From positions 1-64,000 of the forward strand of contig JAUCBJ010001164.1 of NCBI GenBank assembly GCA_032718475.1: a DNA stretch of 64,000 nt. Direction: 5' to 3'. A program made the position numbers and the translations under genes. Under the pieces are notes generated by a model. That model saw only the letters and a list, made by a program, of their open reading frames with translations, was not told the origin of the DNA and made no database searches. Shown piece after piece: positions 1-64,000 of the stretch; the first letter of the stretch is position 1, and each line of letters begins with the position of its first letter. This DNA comes from Nemertoderma westbladi. Lineage: Eukaryota > Animalia > Xenacoelomorpha.

Positions 1-752
1 TAAATGAGGAAGGTGAGTAAAAGGATGAGTTGCCACTTAGCAAAACCAGCGGAATGGGTTGTAGATGAGGAAGGTAAGTAGAGTTGCAACTTAGCAAAAC
101 CAGCGGAATGGGTTGTAGATGAGGAAGGTGAGTAAAAGGATGAGTTGCCACTTTGCAAAACGAGCGGAATGGGGTTGTAAATGAGGAAGGTGAGTAAAAG
201 GATGAGTTGCCACTTAGCAAAACTAGCGGATTGGGTTGTAGATGAGGAAGGTGAGTAGAGTTGCAACTTAGCAAAACCAGCGGAATGGGTTGTAGATGAG
301 GAAGGTGAGTAAAAGGATGAGTTGCCACTTTGCAAAACGAGCGGAATGGGTTGTAAATGAGGAAGGTGAGTAAAAGGATGAGTTGCCACTTAGCAAAACT
401 AGCGGATTGGGGTTGTAGATGAGGAAGGTGAGTAAAAGGATGAGTTGCCACTTAGCAAAACCAGCGGAATGGGTTGTAGATGAGGAAGGTGAGTAAAAGG
501 ATGAGTTGCCACTTAGCAAAACCAGCGGAATGGGGTTGTAGATGAGGAAGGTGAGTAAAAGGATGAGTTGCCACTTAGCAAAACTAGCGGATTGGGGTTG
601 TAGATGAGGAAGGTAGAGTAGAGTTGCAACTTAGCAAAACCAGCGGAATGGGTTGTAGATGAGGAAGGAGAGTAAAAGGATGAGTTGCCACTTAGCAAAA
701 AGAGCGGAATGGGTTGTAGATGAGGAAGGTGAGTAAAAGGATGAGTTGCAAC
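1..752 (+). repeat. ~61-bp tandem repeat (with shorter variants) containing GTAGATGAGGAAG|gtgagt, probably donor-junction derived
   Basis: Unit reads V-D-E-E-G|gt in phase 1, matching the GG TGG GAA TAT start of exon 917 (DEEG-WEY of DysF); the array runs off the window start. Confidence 0.85.
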
Positions 753-916
753 ATGGCAAGAAGACATTATTAATCGACCATCAGGAAATTTGTTGGTAAT
801 TGGCTAAACGATAAGTCTAATGAATGTATTTAACCGTGTGATTTATAGACAACAATTATGTACCGCAAGTTTTACAGCGCTTCTCTTGATGCTATTCGAA
901 CTCTTGTTCGTTTTAG

Positions 917-54593
<53,677 letters not shown>

Positions 54594-56604
54594 AGCCATT
54601 ATTTAAATATTAGCTTTGTGCTATTATTATTGTTGTGATCACCAGTTAGCTACCGTGCCTATTGTACATTAGAAGGAGGTATAATATTAAATAATTCACT
54701 CGCCAATATTACATTTTATTGAAATTTCTCCAATATATTTTCTTCTTCAATCTAATTAATAGTTTTCACGGAATCGTAATTTAGAGATTTACAACAATCA
54801 TGTGGGGCGAACCAGAATTTCGAGCCATCAGCGAACTGTTATAATTACACTATGACTGTTTCCCAAATGTCTGTGTGTGTGGGTATGTCGGAAGCCAAAT
54901 ATTCATTATGCCTCTTGACTCAAACTACACACATACTCAACCCCATTTGTTACATTATAATTATTGTACTACACGAATCGAATGTTATGTTATAACAAAG
55001 ATTTTAAAGATATTATCGCAACGTGTTAGTTAATGTCATCTTTTAAATATTGAACACCTTGAATACTACTACTACTACTACTAGGTCGAGCGAACTCGGG
55101 CAGTGGAAATGAGATCCTTCCAAGCTTCCCGATTCCCCATTGTTGTCGCAATTTTCGAGTTCAAGTAGTAGTAGTATTACTTCAACTCAGTTCACTTGAA
55201 TAGGTGATAATTAATAGATGTTCTACATTATTATATGTTACTCCTGGTCTACTACCAAAAACCCTATTGTAGGTCTAATATTCAACATTATTATTAAACG
55301 ATAAATAAGTCAAAGAAACCGGAAATTTATTAGCTAAAGATAATTAGATAAATAAAATACAATTCCGAAAGAGATTAAATACAATAACCATTAAAAAGAT
55401 TAGAAGAAAATTATTTTAATACATTTACCAAACTATACAAATAATCTGTCACACACCACCACCACACGTGCATTGTCTACAAAGTTTTATATACATTTGC
55501 AATGTGAAATACAAAATGGAATGATTAATTTTACAAATTTAGGCAAAACGATTAAACAAAATTGTAATAATAGAAATAATAATAATACTCATATATAGCG
55601 CCTTACCTAAATAACACTTAATAATGTTGTTTTGAATTAAATCTCAGGATTTGAACTTTTAAATAAACCAACTGATTATCAAGTAAGTCCATTTCTTGTG
55701 GTTGGTTTTCGAAAAAAATAAAAACCGTCGCTTTTTATTAGCGACCTTATATATTGTAGTTTCTTGTTCTAGTTTTGTCTATCAGTTAATCGATACAGAT
55801 TTAGGGAATTATTGCTAATATTTACATTTACAAAGAATAATAATTATATGAGCAAAATAATAATTATTTTTTATTACTTAAATAATTTTTTCACTATTCT
55901 CGAGGGACTTTATTTACTGAGCGTCAGAGAGGTTAATAAATTGTCAAGAATATTGAAAAAAAGTTCTACGTTTTTTCCCCCATGTAGGCTACAATACGTA
56001 ATTTTATTCTTAAATTGGTACTTTTTTGTTGCTTAAATTCTTTAATAAAACGTAGAACGAAATACATTTACAAAATTGAAATGTAGTATTTTTTTTTACT
56101 ATATTGCTTCCATAGTTACTGCAATTCAAATTAGTGTACTTTTCAACCATGGCCTACTATATATATAGTAGGCCATGCTTCAACTTCTGATGCTACCTTT
56201 CTCAATGTTAAATAATTTAGTGTTCTCGAATATTTATTACGTAACTAGAGAACCGCTTAACAACATAAACCAATATTGGATATTGAGTTCCGTTTTGGAA
56301 TTCGTTTTGCAGACACTAAAGTTGCAATAAACATGAATGAACACATAAAAAATTACATTCCGCTGGGTTAAATATTTTTACAATTTGTTAAATAGTTAAA
56401 AATAAGTTGAAAAAGTGAAATCAATGCAAACCTATAAATGGGTTATTTTTTCCCTAAGGAAAATATTACTAATTTTTGTCCGATTTGGGGGTATATTCGG
56501 GCGGAAAAGAAACAATTTAAGAATAATATCTTTCAAATATCAAATATGATACAATAAATAACTATATGTGATTATCTTATAATAGGCCTGAAGTTCTAAT
56601 ATTT

Positions 56605-56695
56605 TCATTTCAACTTTGATCCAGTTACGTAACCAGTTCCGTCTCCACGTTCCTCTCTTCCTTCAATTCCTTTTCCTTTTCCTTCAGCATCAAAC
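56605..56695 (-). CDS. TPPP: TPPP/p25-alpha, last exon
   Basis: attag|G TTT..AAA TGA; FDAEGKGKGIEGREERGDGTGYVTGSKLK*, with the GxGxGxxGR motif. Confidence 0.92.
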
Positions 56696-56760
56696 CTAAT
56701 AACGAAATCAATTAATTGTTTAATCAAATCGACGTAGAAATTACGTTAAAATTACATACG

Positions 56761-59437
56761 TGTACAGAGTTATTCATGGTAAGACACTGTACAGAGTTAT
56801 TCATGGTAAGACACTGTACAGAGTTATTCATGGTAAGACACTGTACAGAGTTATTCATGGTAAGACACTGTACAGAGTTATTCATGGTAAGATACTGTAC
56901 AGAGTTATTCATGGTAAGACACTGTACAGAGTTATTAATGGTAAGACACTGTACAGAGTTATTCATGGTAAGACACTGTACAGAGTTATTCATGGTAAGA
57001 TACTGTACAGAGTTATTCATGGTAAGATACTGTACAGAGTTATTCATGGTAAGATACTGTACAGAGTTATTCATGGTAAGATACTGTACAGAGTTATTCA
57101 TGGTAAGATACTGTACAGAGTTATTCATGGTAAGATACTGTACAGAGTTATTCATGGTAAGATACTGTACAGAGTTATTCATGGTAAGATACTGTACAGA
57201 GTTATTCATGGTAAGATACTGTACAGAGTTATTCATGGTAAGATACTGTACAGAGTTATTCATGGTAAGATACTGTACAGAGTTATTCATGGTAAGATAC
57301 TGTACAGAGTTATTCACGGTAAGATACTGTACAGAGTTATTCATGGTAAGATACTGTACAGAGTTATTCATGGTAAGATACTGTACAGAGTTATTCATGG
57401 CAAGATACTGTACAGAGTTATTCATGGTAAGATACTGTACAGAGTTATTCATGGTAAGATACTGTACAGAGTTATTCATGGTAAGATACTGTACAGAGTT
57501 ATTCATGGTAAGATACTGTACAGAGTTATTCATGGTAAGATACAGTACAGAGTTATTCATGGTAAGATACTGTACAGAGTTATTCATGGTAAGATACTGT
57601 ACAGAGTTATTCATGGTAAGATACTGTACAGAGTTATTCATGGTAAGATACTGTACAGAGTTATTCATGGTAAGATACTGTACAGAGTTATTCATGGTAA
57701 GATACTGTACAGAGTTATTCATGGTAAGATACTGTACAGAGTTATTCATGGTAAGATACTGTACAGAGTTATTCATGGTAAGATACTGTACAGAGTTATT
57801 CATGGTAAGATACTGTACAGAGTTATTCATGGTAAGACACTGTACAGAGTTATTCATGGTAAGATACTGTACAGAGTTATTCATGGTAAGATACTGTACA
57901 GAGTTATTCATGGTAAGACACTGTACAGAGTTATTCATGGTAAGACACTGTACAGAGTTATTCATGGTAAGATACTGTACAGAGTTATTCATGGTAAGAC
58001 ACTGTACAGAGTTATTCATGGTAAGATACTGTACAGAGTTATTCATGGTAAGATACTGTACAGAGTTATTCATGGTAAGACACTGTACAGAGTTATTCAT
58101 GGTAAGACACTGTACAGAGTTATTCATGGTAAGACACTGTACAGAGTTATTCATGGTAAGATACTGTACAGAGTTATTCATGGTAAGACACTGTACAGAG
58201 TTATTCATGGTAAGACACTGTACAGAGTTATTCATGGTAAGACACTGTACAGAGTCATTCATGGTAAGATACTGTACAGAGTTATTCATGGTAAGACACT
58301 GTACAGAGTTATTCATGGTAAGATACTGTACAGAGTTATTCATGGTAAGATACTGTACAGAGTTATTCATGGTAAGATACTGTACAGAGTTATTCATGGT
58401 AAGATACTGTACAGAGTTATTCATGGTAAGACACTGTACAGAGTTATTCATGGTAAGATACTGTACAGAGTTATTCATGGTAAGACACTGTACAGAGTTA
58501 TTCATGGTAAGACACTGTACAGAGTTATTCATGGTAAGATACTGTACAGAGTTATTCATGGTAAGAAACTGTACAGAGTTATTCATGGTAAGATACTGTA
58601 CAGAGTTATTCATGGTAAGATACTGTACAGAGTTATTCATGGTAAGATACTGTACAGAGTTATTCATGGTAAGATACTGTACAGAGTTATTCATGGTAAG
58701 ACACTGTACAGAGTTATTCATGGTAAGATACTGTACAGAGTTATTCATGGTAAGATACTGTACAGAGTTATTCATGGTAAGATACTGTACAGAGTTATTT
58801 ATGGTAAGACACTGTACAGAGTTATTCATGGTAAGATACTGTACAGAGTTATTCATGGTAAGACACTGTACAGAGTTATTCATGGTAAGATACTGTACAG
58901 AGTTATTCATGGTAAGATACTGTACAGAGTTATTCATGGTAAGATACTGTACAGAGTTATTCATGGTAAGATACTGTACAGAGTTATTCATGGTAAGATA
59001 CTGTACAGAGTTATTCATGGTAAGATACTGTACAGAGTTATTCATGGTAAGACACTGTACAGAGTTATTCATGGTAAGATACTGTACAGAGTTATTCATG
59101 GTAAGATACTGTACAGAGTTATTCATGGTAAGATACTGTACAGAGTTATTTATGGTAAGACACTGTACAGAGTTATTCATGGTAAGATAATGTACAGAGT
59201 TATTCATGGTAAGATAATGTACAGAGTTATTCATGGTAAGATACTGTACAGAGTTATTCATGGTAAGATACTGTACAGAGTTATTCATGGTAAGATACTG
59301 TACAGAGTTATTTATGGTAAGACACTGTACAGAGTTATTCATGGTAAGATAATGTACAGAGTTATTCATGGTAAGATACTGTACAGAGTTATTCATGGTA
59401 AGACACTGTACAGAGTTATTCATGGTAAGATACTGTA
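56761..59437. repeat. 27-bp tandem repeat, ~99 copies, in the last TPPP intron
   Basis: Unit tgtacagagttattcatggtaaga(t/c)ac. Confidence 0.98.
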
Positions 59438-59857
59438 CGATAATCCATTACAATTAATGGCTCCCTTAAAAGCAAAGCTTATGAAACAGCGGACTAACTT
59501 TTATGATTGCATGCAATTAAGACTAAAATGAAAAGCGTCGTTGTAAATTTAGTTTCATAGAATTTAAAAAAATAGCAAAATATTTGCCAGTTTCTCTACC
59601 TACCACGGTAAATACAAGCAACAACATCTGTTAAATATTCCCGGTCCAAAATTCAAATTCACTTTATTTCACCCCGACTTGGAAATATAGTTAATTTGGA
59701 ACTGCTGTATGAAATATACCGTAAATTTTTGTCTGGATTTTAATCCGGATTAAATATTAGATGTTACGAATTTCGGTATAACATTTGTGAGTAATTAACA
59801 TAAGAGACCTGCGCTGAAACAATTTCCAGCACAATTTATTATTTGAGGTTAAGGTAC

Positions 59858-59963
59858 CTTTCTTTGTGAGCGCCGGTGTATCCTTTAGTATCCGTCAGTC
59901 TCCCTGTGACACCGGTGTCTGCACCCTTTGTGGTACCTTTCATGGATGGAGATTTTAAGCTTT
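59858..59963 (-). CDS. TPPP: TPPP/p25-alpha, penultimate exon
   Basis: ttctag|AA..AG|gtacct; SLKSPSMKGTTKGADTGVTGRLTDTKGYTGAHKE(R), the RLTDxxxYTGxHKERF signature. Confidence 0.92.
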
Positions 59964-60140
59964 CTAGAACAACAACATACGGTAATATGGTATTATGTTA
60001 AAAACAGAACAGAGAAACGGGTGTAGATAAATTACAAAGGGCGATGATGAATCAAATCTTAAGGAATACAACGATTTAATTTAATTTTCAGTTCGGTTGT
60101 AATGTTAATAAAATATTATCCGTAAGTAGTTTAAACTCAC

Positions 60141-60244
60141 CAACAACTTTTTTGTAGTTCTCTTCATTATCCTCGCCGTATCTGGCTTTAGCAGCTTGAT
60201 GGAGACTCTTCTCGAATCCGGCGTAGTTCACATTCCTACCGGTT
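60141..60244 (-). CDS. TPPP: TPPP/p25-alpha family protein, internal exon
   Basis: tttag|A ACC..GTT G|gtgagt on - strand; TGRNVNYAGFEKSLHQAAKARYGEDNEENYKKVV. Confidence 0.85.
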
Positions 60245-60341
60245 CTAAAATTGAAATAGTTGAAATAGTCATAATTATTAATTTTTAATTATTACCTTAA
60301 TTAATTACAATAATAATTAATTATCACCTTATTATTCCCTG

Positions 60342-63300
60342 ACAAACTTACTATACACAACACAAACTTACTATACACAACACAAACTTACTATACACAA
60401 CACAAACTTACTATACACAACACAAACTTACTATACACAATAGAAACTTACTATACACAACAGAAACTTACTATACACAACACAAACTTACTAAACACAA
60501 CAGAAACTTACTATACATAATATAATACAACACAAACTTACTATGCACGATACAAACTTACTATACACAACACAAACTTACTCTACCCAACACAAACTTA
60601 CTATACATAATACAAACTTACTATACACAAGACAAACGTACTATACACAACACAAACTTACTATATATAATACAACACAAACTTACTATACACAACACAA
60701 ACTTACTATACACAACACAAACTTACTATACAGAACACAAACTTACTATACACAACACAAACTTACTATACATAATACAAACTTACTATACACAAGACAA
60801 ACTTACTATACACAACACAAACTTACTATATAAAATACAACACAAACTTACTATACACAACACAAACTTACTATACATAATACAAACTTACTATACACAA
60901 CACAAACGTACTATACACAACACAAACTTACTATACACAACACAAACTTACTATACATAATACAAACTACTATACACAACACAAACTTACTATACACAAC
61001 ACAAACTTACTATACACAACAGAAACTTACTATACATAATACAACACAAACTTACTATGCACGATACAAACTTACTATACACAAGACAAACTTACTATAC
61101 ACAACACAAACTTACTATAAATAATACAACACAAACTTACTATACACAACACAAACTTACTATACATAATACAAACTTACTATACACAACACAAACTTAT
61201 TATACACAACACAAACTTACTATACACAACACAAACTTACTATACATAATACAAACTTACTATGCACAAACTTACTATACACAAACTCACTATACTCAAC
61301 ACAAACTTACTATCAACACAAACTTACTATACACAACACAAACTTACTATACACAACACAAACTTACTATACATAATACAAACTTACTATCCACGATACA
61401 AACTTACTATACACAACACAAACTTACTATACTCAACACAAACTTACTATATACAACACAAACTTACTATACACAACACAAACTTACTATACACAACACA
61501 AACTTACTATACACAACACAAACTTACTATACACAACACAAACTTACTATACAAAACACAAACTTACTATACACAACACAAACTTACTCTACACAACACA
61601 AACTTACTATACACAACACAAACTTACTATACATAACACAAACCTACTATACACAACACAAACTTACTATACACAACACAAACTTAGTATACACAACACA
61701 AACTTACTATACACAACACAAACTTACTATACACAACACAAACTTACTATACACAACACAAACTTACTATACACAACACAAACTTACTATACACAACACA
61801 AACTTACTATACCCAACACAAACTTACTATACACAACACAAACTTACTATACACAACACAAACTTACTATACAGAACACAAACTTACTATACACAACACA
61901 AACTTACTATACACAACACAAACTTACTATACACAACACAAACTTACTATACACAACACAAACTTACTATACCCAACACAAACTTACTATACACAACACA
62001 AACTTACTATACACAACACAAACTTACTATACAGAACACAAACTTACTATACACAAGACAAACTTACTATACACTACACAAACTTACTATACAGAACACA
62101 AACTTACTATACACAACACAAACTTACTATACACAACACAAACTTACTATACCCAACACAAACTTACTATACACAACACAAACTTACTATACACAACACA
62201 AACTTACTATACAGAACACAAACTTACTATACACAACACAAACTTACTATACACAACACAAACTTACTATACAGAACACAAACTTACTATACAGAACACA
62301 AACTTACTATACACAACACAAACTTACTAAACACAACACAAACCTACTATACACAACACAAACTTACTATACATAATACAAACTTACTATACACAACACA
62401 AACTTACTATACACAACACAAACGTACTATACACAACACAAACTTACTATACACAACACAAACTTACTATACACAACACAAACGTACTATAAACAACACA
62501 AACTTACTATACACAACACAAACTTACTATACACAACACAAACTTAATATACACAACACAAACTTACTATACACAACACAAACTTACTATACACAACACA
62601 AACTTACTATACATAATACAAACTTACTATGCACAAACTTACTATACTCAACACAAACTTACTATACACAACACAAACTTACTATACACAACACAAACTT
62701 ACTATACATAATACAAACTTACTATACACAACACAAACTTACTATACACAACACAAACTTACTATACACAACACAAACTTACTATACACAACACAAACTT
62801 ACTATACATAATACAAACTTACTATACACAACACAAACTTACAATACACAACACAAACTTACTATACACAACACAAACTTACTATACATAATACAACACA
62901 AACTTACTATACACAACACAAACTTACTATACATAATACAACACAAACTTACTATACATAATACAAACTTACTATACACAACACAAACTTACTATACATA
63001 ATACAAACTTACTATCAACACAAACTTACTATACACAACACAAACTTACTATACATAATACAACAAAAACTTACTATACATAATACAAACTTACTATCAA
63101 CACAAACTTACTATACACAACACAAACTTACTATACATAATACAACAAAAACTTACTATACATAATACAAACTTACTATCAACACAAACTTACTATACAT
63201 AATACAAACTTACTATCAACACAAACTTACTATACATAATACAAACTTACTATCAACACAAACTTACTATACATAATACAAACTTACTATCAACACAAAC

Positions 63301-64000
63301 TTACTATACACAACACAAACTTACTATACATAATACAAACTTACTATCAACACAAACTTACTATACACAACACAAACTTACTATACATAATACAACAAAA
63401 ACTTACTATACATAATACAAACTTACTATCAACACAAACTTACTATACACAACACAAACTTACTATACATAATACAACAAAAACTTACTATACATAATAC
63501 AAACTTACTATCAACACAAACTTACTATACATAATACAAACTTACTATCAACACAAACTTACTATACATAATACAAACTTACTATACACAACACAAACTT
63601 ACTATACATAATACAAACTTACTATCAACACAAACTTACTATACACAACACAAACTTACTATACATAATACAACAAAAACTTACTATACATAATACAAAC
63701 TTACTATCAACACAAACTTACTATACACAACACAAACTTACTATACATAATACAACAAAAACTTACTATACATAATACAAACTTACTATCAACACAAACT
63801 TACTATACATAATACAAACTTACTATCAACACAAACTTACTATACATAATACAAACTTACTATCAACACAAACTTACTATACATAATACAAACTTACTAT
63901 CAACACAAACTTACTATACACAACACAAACTTACTATACATAATACAACAAAAACTTACTATACATAATACAAACTTACTATCAACACAAACTTACTATA
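60342..64000. repeat. 20-bp tandem repeat in a TPPP intron, runs off the window end
   Basis: Unit acaaacttactatacacaac with indel variants. Confidence 0.97.

Noticed and set aside
56716-59531. 800-900 aa ORFs in three frames
   Set aside because: Translation of a stop-poor 27-bp repeat lying inside the TPPP intron.

Overview
AT-rich, intron-rich animal (probably invertebrate) genomic DNA, not prokaryotic; nearly all long ORFs in the track are tandem-repeat artefacts. The + strand (917-54593) holds the 3' half of a type-I (DysF-containing) ferlin gene, myoferlin/dysferlin-like. I assembled it by hand from about 25 phase-consistent GT-AG exons covering DysF, four C2 domains, the TM anchor and the tail. 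A convergent TPPP/p25-alpha gene (last 3 exons, 56605-60244) lies on the - strand. Two things stand out. (1) About ten intronic tandem arrays have units that are copies of the gene's own exon-intron junctions (8 donors, 2 acceptors), from 2 to about 60 copies, giving runs of decoy splice sites; one array is fully in frame. (2) Three pairs of duplicated alternative exons affect the C2 Ca2+ loop, the TM helix and the 10-aa tail, and candidate cassette/micro-exons sit at the position of dysferlin exon 40a. Introns also carry large satellites, a head-to-tail Helitron array, a CRE-like retroelement remnant, a tRNA-SINE and nested MITEs.
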